A stretch of DNA of 64,000 nt from the NCBI GenBank assembly GCA_051362555.1, contig CM120641.1:17050001-17114000 (forward strand), given 5' to 3'. Source of the stretch: Lingula anatina (lineage: Eukaryota > Animalia > Brachiopoda). The first letter of the stretch is position 1. Every line of letters starts with the position of its first letter. Made by a program: the position numbers and the translations under genes. The notes beneath the pieces were generated by a model. That model saw nothing but the letters and a program-made list of their open reading frames with translations. It was not told where the DNA came from and did no database searches. Below are positions 25,029 to 37,714 of the stretch, in pieces.

Positions 25029-26696
25029 CTAGAAATAAGCAGGTGGTTTTTCGTGCACCAACACGGCATCTCTACACTCACTGGGCGGTAGAAACACAGT
25101 AGGGTCTGGAATGCCTGAAGCTATATCGTAGAAGTTAATTGTGTTGGATTCGGATCTGTTGTTGGGATTGAAAAATGTTTCCACGACTGGGAAGCAATAT
25201 TTCAGACCATAAACTCCCCTCCATAATACAGCTGGAATCAATCATAAACGAAAGAAAGGGTAAATGTATCACGCATGGTTAAAGTAATGCAAATTGGTCA
25301 TCATTACTATTTCTTTCTACGTTAATTTCATGTAACAGTTCAATACACCTTCTACGAATAATGCATGTAAGATGATGTCCAATAAGCAAAGACTTATTGT
25401 TAAATTAAGAAAAGTCACATTGTAACATTGGGCGCTGGTGGTTTTTCAAGATGCCACCAGTCCTCCCTCTACAATTATCACATGAATGCTTTATTGACTG
25501 CGACGGTGCAATTGATACACCACTTACCATCACTATCTTTTTCCTTGAATATCCATTCTTGTGCAGTGAAATCCTCGCCGGGATAACCGATTTCATACTC
25601 CGTTTTAAAAGTGGCCATTGGTGGAATTCCGTAGGGTCGCCATGGCCCTGGAAACATTTTCTCACACTTCTTGCTCTGACGGTCGATCCGGTACATTACA
25701 TTAACATCATTGAGTATGAGGTATTCGTAGCGTCTGAAATAATTGACAAGTTATCCGAATATCCAGTTAAGCGTCAGAACGTTGTCTTTTCATTTAACAT
25801 CTATTATATAGGCTATCATATATTTTATATATACACGTACGTCAATCTAAATTCCATTAATAACAATTTAATACAAAAAGAATTATTGTTCAGTTTGAAA
25901 ATAATAATAATCATTATTGTTGTTGTAAAAAGAAAATAGAACTAAAATAAAAAAAGAAAAATGCAATTCATCCTTTTAGATGGTGGTGGTTGAACGTACT
26001 TCCTGCCTGGGTGTAAAAGAATGTTGTCGAAGATCACTTTACGCTGCATTACGGCATCATAGACAAATCTATAATGTTCCATTTTCCCATGGTTATGGTC
26101 GAAACGAGATGCTTTAGCCTGTATTAAAGATTGTGAGAGAACGATTGATCAAAAAAGATTAACAAAATAAAATAAATAAAACAATTTAGAGAACTTGAAA
26201 AATGTTTTAATAGTTAAAATCAAACTATTGAGTGTGATTCTTTCTTTTAAAGCCAATTTCTCACATATGTTTTCATTAATTATCAAAGGCAATTTGCTTG
26301 TCTTGAGTGAATCAAACGAGATGGCCAATCTTTTATATCAATATGACAGTCATTTTATTATAAAATCTCATGTGTGAAATAAAGCAAATAATCAAACAAA
26401 TCCTATTCAAGTGCTTTCCACGTTCAAAAACGCACTTTTGGGCAGTACCGATTTTCTCAGCCCGTGGTAGTGCTTTTAGATGTTTATATTAGCCTGTGTT
26501 GTGAAAACAAAATTGCAAAGATAAAGCATGCCTCCCTGATCGTTTACCTGCATACTTAATACTTGAAATGCATTGTTTTCTTTCTGTAACCTTTAAAAAA
26601 ACTTACCTCCCATCGTGCCGGTGTAAAGCAAGGTTTAGGGATCTGGGAATGTGCAATTCCCACCAACAAAACGAGAGCAAGTACTAATGGCTTCAT
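25029..26696 (-). CDS. EPDR1: Ependymin-related protein (EPDR/MERP-like), copy A, 205 aa, secreted or lysosomal
   Basis: Exons 26696-26607, 26118-26000, 25733-25528 and 25231-25029 total 618 nt in phases 0,2,1. Signal peptide MKPLVLALVLLVGIAHS, then PKPCxxPxxWE, YDA, WRPYGIPxxATF, CFPV and the C-terminal FYDIxxGIPDPxVFxPPxEC ependymin signature, with four Cys. The symbol indicates family only; orthology is untested. Confidence 0.9.
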
Positions 26697-28313
26697 TACA
26701 AGCTGTGCTATGATGTGCAGTGAAATGTTAACTTGTTGTAATAAATATTCGGGCGTAGTCACGTCATTGAAGATAAGAGTTCTGTACCTGGGCCTCGTGC
26801 CTCCCCTTCGATATCGTATCATTGTATCTGTATTTATATATGTATCATTCAGTGTCAGTCGAGGTCAAGCGTAGGCGAACGTGTGACTGTGGGTGTTACA
26901 AAATTTACAAACACACACATGCCAAACTTCAACAGCATGGAAGACCATCGGACATAATATTTGTATACTCTAGGACTACAATTTCTGTTATATTGGCATA
27001 ATGCTAAGCGTCGACAAACCGAACAGCAAAAACTTAGTAATGCATATTCGGGAGTTACAACATAATTCTGTTCAGAAAACTTGTAAAATTAAATCCCGAA
27101 ATCTTAACATTATAACATTTGTCACAAAAGCTGAAGCATGATATATGTTGTAGCGAAGAAATGAGGTTATTGCGTGGTCATAATGTTAATAGTTCTGAAG
27201 GGCTAAAATCTAGATTAAAGAAACAAGTATTATCATAATTTTCCTTCTTTAACTGAGTTTTATGCATTATATTTTATAAAATTGTTCTTGAAGCAAAAAA
27301 GAATATTAGTATTCAAATTGCGGACATAAGGTCACCAGCAGGTCCAGAGTAAAAGAAGTTATGCTTATACAGGTTGAATTTAGAATATGCTTTCAAATAC
27401 ATCACTTCGCACTGGTCAATCGTAAATGAGAAGTGCAATAAGGTTTATCTGAATGTACGATGTCTGGAGCGCAGACATTCTGACTCCTGCTCCCGCTAAA
27501 ATGACATTCTGTTATGTATCCATTCTTCACACACGCGTGCACACGGGCTCCCATACAAACGCGCGCGCGAGCACGCACACGAATGCACGCTTCTTTCTGA
27601 TATCTATTTTTGGAATTTAAAAGTTAGTTTCCAGCAAGGAAAAAAAGCATATTAGTACCAATTATATTGGGATTAACCTCTATTAACTGGAATTTTTAGG
27701 ACTAGAAATGCGCACTCGACATATACTCAGAATTGCATAATCAAGAATATCGTGACTACATTTTGGGCATGTGTAATGGAGAAGACGAGCACAGACCTTC
27801 AGGCTGACGAAAGAACGCCATTTACTTAAATACGTGAAAATGTCGCCGTATGTGATGTCTGGAACGTTATGCATGAAAACGGCTTGGCTGAAGTTGAACC
27901 AAAACCCCTATACCGTAACGTTTTATTCAAATATATATGCATCAAGTTTACTTTATCCTTGTATGCCAAAAGTACTCAGTTTTACGTTATTAATATTTTG
28001 TGACTTTTTATGCGACAGATGAGATTTTCTCTAGAGTCATTTAATGTGTTGGGTTGAACAACACTGCCATTATCTTAAACAAAACACTTTATTGAGGAGG
28101 AACATAAACATATCTTTGATAAGAGGTGCTTTAATTCCAATAAAAGACAATAATCTGTAAATAAAAGAAACAGTTTATAACATTCTTTAGTACAAAGTGT
28201 CAGGAGTGCCTCGGAAAATAGGATAGCGTCTATGGCATGAGAGTTTTAGTTTGATTTCACTGGATTCCTTGATTTCTAATAATTCATCAAAATGTTTGAA
28301 GGTGAAAAGTTTC

Positions 28314-29985
28314 TTAGACGTAGGCGGGCAGATCATCGGTTTCATCGACCCATTTGGCGGTTTTGCACTCCGGAGGAGGTATGAACATGTCTGGGTCGGG
28401 GATGCCAGCGACGATGTCGTAGAAGTTGACTGTGTTGGATTCGGATATGTTGAGGCGATTGAAGAAGGTCTCGTGAACTGGATAGCAGTATTTCAGGCTG
28501 TAAACTCCAATCCATTCCGCAGCTGAAATACAGAGAAACAATCACCAATAAAGGTGAAGAGGACGATTTTATGATATAAAGCTGATGCTCTTTAATACTT
28601 GAATAAGAAAAAAGATTTGTTTTAGGGCAAAGTCGCCTTTTTCCATTCACCAATCATACATCATTTTACTTCTATATTATAATTTATCGAAGTAAATAAA
28701 CTGTGAAGTGATTATAGTTAAAGCATACAAGGCATTACTGGTTGAAAACTGGGGTGATTATGAAAATATTAAGTTTAGGGGTATACCAAATGTATGAACA
28801 TGTACCTATATGCAGCAGAATTTTTTTAAATATTTTCAATTATTAAGCAAATTTTCACAAACTTTTGAATCCAGGGATTCTATCAGTCCACTGTTGGGCG
28901 GTGAAAGCCTCGCCTGGTCCACCAATTTCAAACTCGTTGTCAAAAGTGGAGTTGGGTGGAATTCCAAATGGACGCCAGTGCCTTGGTCTCATCTTCACGC
29001 ATTCCTTGGTTTTCAAATTGATTTTGAACAACTCGTGTACGTCGTTGAGGCTGAGGTATTCGTAGAATCTGGGAATGAAAACGATTATAGTTTTTCATTG
29101 TTAGGATTAAAGCTCTGAGGCACAATAGTAGTGTGCGCAAATGAGCCTTGTTATTTTTAGCGCACTGTAGTTTTTGTTACCATTGCTTTTATACTCAAAT
29201 ATTTGACACGCCTATATTCTTTACTTACAAACTCTCACAAAAAGTAGTACAATTAATTAACTTAAATATTTTTCTTACTTGCAAGTATTTTTCGCTTTAC
29301 GTTCAGGGTGCAAAAACAATTCAATCAATGTGATTTCCTGTTACAATGAAAAATTATTAAGCAAATACGAAATAGCTTTATAATGTATAATCCAATACCT
29401 ATCAAGAAGCAATCTATTAAATGACATACCTAAGTGAGGTCTGTCATAAGAATTTGTTATCAAATATGTGATATGAAAATCTTTTAAAGAGATTATAAAC
29501 TTATTTTGAAAATTTGGTCAAACCTTCTTCCTGGTCTTACGACAACGTCCTCCTCGATGACGATCTTTCGTCGATAGATGGCGTCATAGACGATTCTAAT
29601 ATATTCCATGTTCCCATAGTTATGGTCGAACATAAACGCCCGGGACTGAAGAATGAGTTAAGAAAACACAATATAAACACTTTATAAGTGTCCAAATAAT
29701 TGAAGTTGAAGACGTAATGAAACTGGTGAATTTTCTGTCCTTTTCCTCATACTACACATTATAAGCTTATGTGTGTTAAAAATTTGGCTCATCGACATAC
29801 AAATCTTTTTTACATTTCTTTCGGTGTATCTGATATATACAATTTGTGTCAAATATTAATATTTCAAAACATAGAATCTTCTCATTTCAACCTACCGCCC
29901 ACTGAGGTGGTGTAATGCATGGCTTAGGCTTTTGGGAGTAGGCTATCCCCGCCAACAGCACGACAGCAAGTATAAGGGTCCTCAT
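28314..29985 (-). CDS. EPDR1: Ependymin-related protein (EPDR/MERP-like), copy B, 208 aa
   Basis: Exons 29985-29896, 29645-29524, 29068-28863 and 28522-28314 total 627 nt with the same phases as copy A. Translation: MRTLILAVVLLAGIAYSQKPKPCITPPQWA...WRPFGIPPNSTF...CYPV...FYDIVAGIPDPDMFIPPPEC. The symbol indicates family only. Confidence 0.9.
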
Positions 29986-30029
29986 GTTGGCCGGCACGGT
30001 GACAAGTCAGAACAGTAGATACGATATTT

Positions 30030-30220
30030 TCCATTAAATACCAAGGCGTTATCGGGCTGATAGTCATGCTATTGTCCTAACTCTCTGATAGTGGTAGATA
30101 TCTTATCATCTGGAAGGTATAGTCAGAACAGTGACATTATCATTGGAATTAATAGAATCAATGTCTGACATTTGTTGCAAATCATGATCCATAGTATTAC
30201 GGTGTCTATCATGTTATCAC
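30030..30220 (-). promoter_or_regulatory. EPDR copy B proximal promoter: TATA-like element plus GATA-site cluster
   Basis: TATTTAA on the minus strand ~50 bp upstream of the ATG. WGATAR sites at 30058, 30086, 30103, 30137, 30206 and 30214. Confidence 0.45.
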
Positions 30221-30644
30221 AAGCGAGTCATGAGAAAAGTGAAGTCACATATTTTCATGTTAGGGACGAGGTAAACAGAGATACTGGAAGGGGGCATCTC
30301 TAAGTATGTTGAATGCTTGCTGTATTAGTTTTGCATAAAATGTTACCCACCCATAAATATTTTGTGAAATGGTCTGTTGAGTAATAAACTGAAGTCCCAC
30401 TCTCTGCTGGTGTGTCCTGCTGTGGACTCTATTCCAGTGTGGTAGTAGTGCACAAAACTAGTAAATTATGGACTGAGGCTTTGAACAGGCTACAGTTGTG
30501 ATAGGTGTAATAACACAGTGAAACCTTATATCCGAGAACTATACTTGAAAATGGCACCCATGCTCTCTCTCCCTATTAGGCACGTGAATGCAGCATTATT
30601 TTGTACTAGACAATTTCTTGACATTTCTTGGAGGAAGGATGGTG

Positions 30645-30812
30645 CAGGCCCGTAGCCAGCAATTTCAAAGGGGAGGTTCTTTTTCTGAAAAAGTGGACCT
30701 TTTACCATATAATCCCCATGTACCTAGGTCAAATTTTACCCAGAGTGGACCTTTTTCCAGCAAAAAGGGGGGTTCTTTCGAACCCCCCGAACCCCCCCTG
30801 GCTACGGGCCTG
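30645..30812. mobile_element. 168-bp hAT-like MITE with a 6-bp TSD
   Basis: Perfect 15-bp TIR CAGGCCCGTAGCCAG / CTGGCTACGGGCCTG, flanked by ATGGTG (30639-44, 30813-18). Confidence 0.88.
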
Positions 30813-32799
30813 ATGGTGTCTATACTGACGTTATAGTGTCAAGTCAAAGGATTTACAATTTGTTTCACATTCTCAATTTCTAATCAAAATCTTTCAAACG
30901 TCGTATCAAGTGTTTGCACGCCTTCTTCAATGTCTCCAATTTTGTTTTCATTTCTTTCAAATCTCCAGTGAGTTTATTGATGTTACTTTCCATTTATTGA
31001 AATTCTGTTTTCAGTTACATCTCTTTTTTGTAAGCTGTCTCTCATGAACTCCATTTTTGGCTGTTTTTGACAGACAGGGCTGCCCTACCGTTCATTCCTA
31101 AGTGTAGGAAAAGAGGGGATGCCTGCCGTCGGAATTGTACTGCAAGTGGTGGTGTTCCGTATGGGGAATGATGGGTCATCGTGTAAGATGCTTGAGGAGA
31201 ACCCGTATTATGGGCACTGAAAGCTTAGCTGAGGGTGAAAGCTTAGCAATTAATATCATTAATTAAAAGCAGCCAAATTGACAATTAACGCATGGCACTG
31301 GGAATGGGGTGGTGAATAAAGCAAAAGAAAGGAAATATGAGCTCTAAAAGTGTTTACTTCTATTTGCGCTAATAGTATTTTAAATAAGAGCTATTTTGCC
31401 AAATATAGGCAATTTTTTAATTTTATTAATTTTATGGGACTTTTATGGGACTTCAAAGCTGTTCCTGAAAATGCCAATAAGTAAAATTTCAAAAAATAAA
31501 AGAGAGAAGGAAAGAAAGACATGCATGACTTCAACAATAACAATCCAATCAGATTGCTATTTAAACTTGTCCTGTTTTTATTGCTGTGAATCACTCCACT
31601 AGGTTTGAGGATAAAAAGCAACACGGTTTTCTATCTATTACCTTAACAGTTAAAAAATACACGGGTACATAGCCGAAGACTACAGACGCAAATGCATAGT
31701 ACTAGTTTAAATAGACCGTATATCAATGATTTCACTTTCCTCAGTCATCTGTACTGCTACATGTACAGACTATTTGCAACCGTTAACGTGTGTATGAAGT
31801 GGTTATCTATAAACTGCAGTGAAATCCTACCAAATGTCGCCAGTCTGTGACAGCAGGTTGGGCAAGGTAATTAGTATATGCAAATAATGCTGTTATCACA
31901 TTACATTTAACACTGTAGCATAAACCACTGCTTTTTATGTGAGTATGTGTAATTGGAATTTACGAAGCTTACATGAGAGCAGCCTTCTGCCCTAGTCTGT
32001 AGGCGCGTATGCTACAGATGAGGTAATACTGCACTATGCGTTCAGCCACCCTGAGTTTTAGTGTACTCATCACACTAACATGACAACAGAAAGGTAAATT
32101 CTATGATGGGTAGAGAGAAGTCACCATCTGAATCTCAGGGTGTTGAGGACGGATTGTATCAGGACAATCTGGATACAAATTATGAGATTAACCTGGGGCA
32201 GAGATCGTCTGATGGTTTTCTTTGACATTATTTTCCTTGCATATCACAAATGACTGCCGGTGCGTAACACATTTTGAGTGAATTCCTACGTGACTACAAC
32301 AGACACACATACAAACTACCCTCTTTTCTCGGCTCAAGATTTCAACCAGAAATATTCAGTGGGCTAATTCTTTGTACATGTATTTTATTGTATTTTTTTA
32401 AATATAATCCATCCTGTCTTATATCGCCATTTAAAAGCTTTAACCTTACAATATGATTAATCGTGGAATTAGTTAGGTTGGTGGGGGGGGGGGGGGGAGC
32501 AATTAGTATCAAACTGGTGAAAGAGGCTCCTGAGATATGCGCGCACAGTTGTATGGAAATCTAACAAATATGTTCATTTCACTGTAATTGATTTCATTCT
32601 TTGGAAGGGACAGGAGACATTCCGAGAGGAGGGGGGCGTGCGACTCTGATAAGACTCTCTCGCCCAGTAGGAATTTCGTTTTAGAAAAAACTTTCTCGTT
32701 AAAGTGAAAACACAGGGGAATATAATACCAGCCTGAACATTCGAGTAGTTGACATATACAGTTGATTCCGATGCACTTCATAGGACACTGACGAAGAGA

Positions 32800-35700
32800 A
32801 ATTTTTTGAGGCTAATTTCAGTACCAGGTACAGAACTGTGAGATCGGAGGATTTGTAAGAAGAAAGTACAGCATTTGTCTTATATTTCATTAATAAACCT
32901 GCAACTGCAGGTATTAAATATCCTTTGCTGCAGGTAAGACTTCACTATTTCATTGAATTATCAACAAAACATGCTTATCAATCGTATCATCGTTTCTTTG
33001 GTGGGCAGAAATAGCTTCTTTTTTGATACGTGTATGTCCTGACTGTCACATTCATCGCTGCAGGTCAAACTACTCAAATAACAGAGCTTTATTTTTCTGA
33101 TATGAAATATTTGCTTTTTACATGGCTGTTCATCATTAAAATCTTGTCCTCTAAGACAATGTCTCCGTACTTTTAACTATGGATGATTCATATCCACAAT
33201 TGTACTGTATATCATGTGGAATTCCTTAAAAACACATAAATGAATTATGCCTTGTGTGCGGTACGGAGGCCGCAAGCATGTGCGCTAGGGTCACCCAGCT
33301 TCACCTTTTACATACCTGTGTCTTGTTCAGGAGAAAAATAATCGCTGACATAAAGGTAAGGTTCTTTTTAAGGTGACCTTTGTCTATTATTATCTATGAT
33401 AAGGAAATAAATAAAATGAATTTAGGGCAAATAGGAACAAGCTTTGGTGCACCTGCTGATTTAAGCTAAGTGTGAAATGAACGCCACAGTTTAGGGGCAC
33501 GGTGGATGTTCTCGTTGATCCTACTTTATCTGTTTCACATTTTCTTGATATTCCTCAAACTGCATTATTTGACTGGTTGCAACAATTGATCTCCATCTCG
33601 TTATCTTTCCTCGGCACGCACCCGGAAAATAAACATGAATCAGTGACATTTGTCTCTGTTTTTTGGGGGGCAGTTTGCTCTCATATCTAAATCTAGATAA
33701 ACTTCAAGTATTCTAACCGGGATTTTTCCCGCCAATCCAAATTCTGCCACTGACGTAATATTGCTCGACCCGTTTCTACATCTGGACGTTTTATACCATG
33801 TCAAATGAAATAATTTTGACCCAAATTTCTGGCCAATAACCAAGATCACCATGCCTTGCTATGCATTTTTAACAGAAGGAAACATCGGCATCTGGTAATA
33901 TTATTTGTTTATTTAAAATCTTTTTTAAGTTTTCAAATTCGAAAAGATAATAAACTCAACTAGGAAACGTAAACATAGAAAAAATATAGTTTTGGTTCGT
34001 TTTCAAACGTGGCCAGTATACCAAAAGGTGAAGTTCATTTATGAAGCATCAGCAACTTAATGTGATAAGCGATCTGGACAACACCTTAGTCCATTTCCAT
34101 ACTTATTCCAAATACCAATGCGATCTTATCAGGTCTACGGTTCAGGGAGGGGTCGATGTTTCAATAATAAAAACACTAACAACTTCGTATGAGCCCTGCC
34201 CCGCTTTAGTGATTCGCAAAAGTGAGACAATTATATTAATAAAAAATGAATAAAAACAAACCAAAGACAGCATATACAAATATATGTGTTACAGGATTAG
34301 TCTGGAGAGGAGGGATGGAGTCTCAAGAAATCTTGTCAATATCACAGGTCGCTCAGTGCATCCTTTCCATTCCCGACTCGAAGAAAGCAATCAATATGGA
34401 AATTAACGGGTATCTGATTTGCTTTGATTGATTGACATTGCTTTCCTTTTAAATGGTTACATCCTTGTGTACCAAGCCATTTTTTTGTAAATAAGTACTG
34501 CAAATGTCAATCGCTTTCAAATACATAAGGCAGGAACACACAAGCGGTAAGAAGGTGATTCGCGTAAAACTCATGAACGCTGTTTAAATTCGTTGGAAAT
34601 ACTGTATATTCCCTTGTTTGGCCAGTCAAATAATTAAAATGTTAATGTAGATAACCTAAGGAACTCACTGACACAGTGAAGGTTAAGCGGTGTCCACATA
34701 CAGTACAGCATTAATTCAGATCACCAAATATTTGAAAGGCATAGAGGTGAAACACTCCACAAAACGGAAACTGTTTGTGTTTTCGATATTTTCACCCAAA
34801 GCTCAATGCAAAATCATTCATTTAAAATTCCAAAAAAAACTTTTTCAGGTTATTTTTCTAGAGGTCTTGTGGTCACGACGTTATCATTACTTATCATTAC
34901 TCTGGTTATTTTGAGACTTATCGCGTGACACCAAATTTCGATATTTTTTAACGACAGTAATGTTCATTGCAATCCCAAAACTTAATTTTGATACGAGAAT
35001 TCAGTCTCTTATGCCCAAAAACACATGTTCTTATTTGTGGCTTGTTGAAATTTTTCATTATGAAAGGTATACAACATTGACCTTTAAACTTAATTTCTCA
35101 TCAATCCCAGAAATGAGAATATTATCTTTTATCAAACATTCTCTCTTAGTGGGAGGAATCCAATTCAGATGTCTGTCGCGGTAGAATGCAGAAGGTCAGA
35201 GAAGTCCGTGAGAGCGACACACGTGTGTCTGAACATACTCAGAGACGATCTAGGTTGCCTATCAATTAACAACCTCTGTGCCGGGGATACTTCGTTTTCT
35301 TTTATTAGGCCGATTATGTAGTGGTTTTTCTACGTAGAGATCAAGCTTTGAACCGGCTGATATACTTTTTGAAAGATAAAATTTCCCATTCAAAATATCG
35401 CCAGCGATCAGGTCTGAGAAGTGACTACAAGTAAAGTTCAATGATCGATTCGGTCAAAGTTGAAAGTATGACATTTCACGGCGAGACTAAGCTAAGGCAG
35501 TGTCAAACGCACGCTGTCGCTCCTCACTGGCACTGCGGAAATTTAATAAATGGCAGTTGGCGAAAGAGATCCGACCTTGTCTGCGTAATCTCCACCCATC
35601 TCCGTGTCCAGTCACCTAATGGGAACCGATCCTGGTGCGGCGATAAAGTACATGCAAATGAGACGCTGGACTCATTGGACAGGCACGTCAACTACCGCGT

Positions 35701-35875
35701 CAACTGACCTCCTCTGAGGGATTTTGCACAGGCTATAGTACGCCTGGTCATTAAGAGACATAATTTTCTTTTGCAGATTGTTAAAAACCTAGCGGACGTC
35801 AGAGAGCTGTGTATTAACCCCGAGACAAAGATATCGTAAATTTTTTCACATAATGGGAACTACTTTATAGAAAAG
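32800..35875 (+). other. Candidate non-coding 5'UTR exons of the plakin gene
   Basis: Strong donor CAG|GTAAGA at 32934. Internal exon-like segments 33331-33355 (TTCAG|..AAG|GTAAGG) and 35777-35875 (TTTTGCAG|..AAG|GTGAGT) have no useful ORF. The left boundary is approximate. Confidence 0.4.
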
Positions 35876-37467
35876 GTGAGTGAATTAAGGGAACTCTTGG
35901 AAGCGCGTATATTTACATCTTCTAGCACACCAGCTAAAAGAATTGGACGGACGGTGACGTTCTAATAATAGACATATCAGCATTGTGTAGGTTCTCAAAA
36001 TCTAAGACATGACAATGGTGCGTATCTGGGCGAATAAGGTACAGTAATTCTCACATTTCCAAGTATAAAACATGACAAACGATATGTGGAATGCAAGGCT
36101 AATGGTTTTGTCACAGCTTGCTGGAGTAAATGGGAGTAGATGTTTTAAATAGACATTTGGAGGGTATAGAACTGCTAATTTACTAAATTACCCGCGAACC
36201 TAGCACATCAGGAAGACAGAGAGTTGCGTAAATTAAAAATGCTAACGGAGTACAAGGCGATACGGTTGGTGGGCATGCTCTAGGTGAAGATCCGCACTGA
36301 TGTAACATTCTAACTAATCTTGATATCAGTAATTTGAACTACGCACTACTATCGGTGAGAAAGAGCCACATTAAGCCAGTGTCAACGACCATGACCGTGA
36401 AAAGTGACAGTGAGAAATACTTCAAGTAGATGAACATTCAGGAAAAAAATCGCTGTAATCATAAGTAAAGCCACAAAGGTACTCAGATTAAAGATAACCT
36501 GACCGCGAGAAGCTTGCCTACTTAAAGTGTGGGAGAAAGTATTGGCATTTGCTTTCATGGCATTAATTTAATACCTGTAGCCTCTAAGAGAGATTAATGT
36601 AGAATGTAATACGTCTAAGAGCAATATATAAACGCATTAAAGGGACCTAGAACAGAAGAGATCTCTTATATGGTGTCGATGATGACCTATTTCAGTTCAC
36701 AGATAAATCAAGGCGGCAGATGATAAAAGCTTCCATTTTATTTATCTTGAAAGGAAACTTAAGGGCAGAAGGTGCACTCACGTGAGATAAAAATCTGGTC
36801 AAAATTTGTGTCTTTGACATTTCATACGTTCGTCTAACTTTTAAGTTCGATATGTTACCGTAGGCGTTGATGCATATTGAAAGCGATCCGCACGTCACTG
36901 TTGATGCCGTCTTGATACAATAAATATGTCAAAGAGAGGGATTTTATAACTGGTAATTACATTTATCATGCAATAATTTTAAAAAATCCTACGATATAGC
37001 TAGTGAACAAAAATGAAAATACTTTGAAAATGGTTTAAATTTCCAACAGTGTTCTGGTCAGAAGCACGCAAAACCAAGACTCACTAAATGATATGCTGCA
37101 TATACCTGGTGCAGACCCCTCACAGCTCAAGTAGAGATTACTCTTAATCCTGTTTTAATGTATACTCACGAATATTATGTAAGAAGACGAAACAGAGAAA
37201 CATGATAGCTACTCGTAATTGAAAATTAATAGCAGGTAACGCGGCACCAAGACCAAGGCACGAGGTTATTTCACTCGTTTTTCACTCTGGATCTACTTTG
37301 TTTTTATGTGTTATTCTGTTGTTCATACTTGATTGGATAGTTTAATTAGTCCAACTTTTATAATGCATTAAGCAGGGTATTTTTTAGACATTTTCAATTT
37401 GAACTGGCATCTCTAAGTAAATGACAGTTATTTCATCCTATATCACATGACAATGTCAATTTCCTTA

Positions 37468-37714
37468 AGGCTCCATTTCCATAGGCACCATCAATCAACG
37501 TGGATCGACTCAACTCTCGCTGACTGCAATCAGCTTAACGAAATGACTCGCATCCACCTGGCGTAAAGTAAAATACAGAAATGCTGGTGATTTTATGAAC
37601 ACAGTGGAAACAAGAGGAGGTGTGTCATTGAGTTAAGTTGATTGCAGTCAGCGAGAGTCCCTGCAGAGTTTGTTCGATCCACGTAGGCCGATGGTGTCTA
37701 TGGGAACAGGGTCT
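37468..37714. mobile_element. PIF/Harbinger-like MITE
   Basis: Imperfect inverted arms: CCATAGGCACCATC..ACGTGGATCGA..ACTCTCGCTGACTGCAATCAGCTTAAC versus GTTAAGTTGATTGCAGTCAGCGAGAGT..TCGATCCACGT..GATGGTGTCTATGG. The right end resembles 11374-11391. Confidence 0.7.

Noticed and set aside
25451-25939. 162-aa + strand ORF
   Set aside because: Antisense to EPDR exon 3 plus low-complexity intron.
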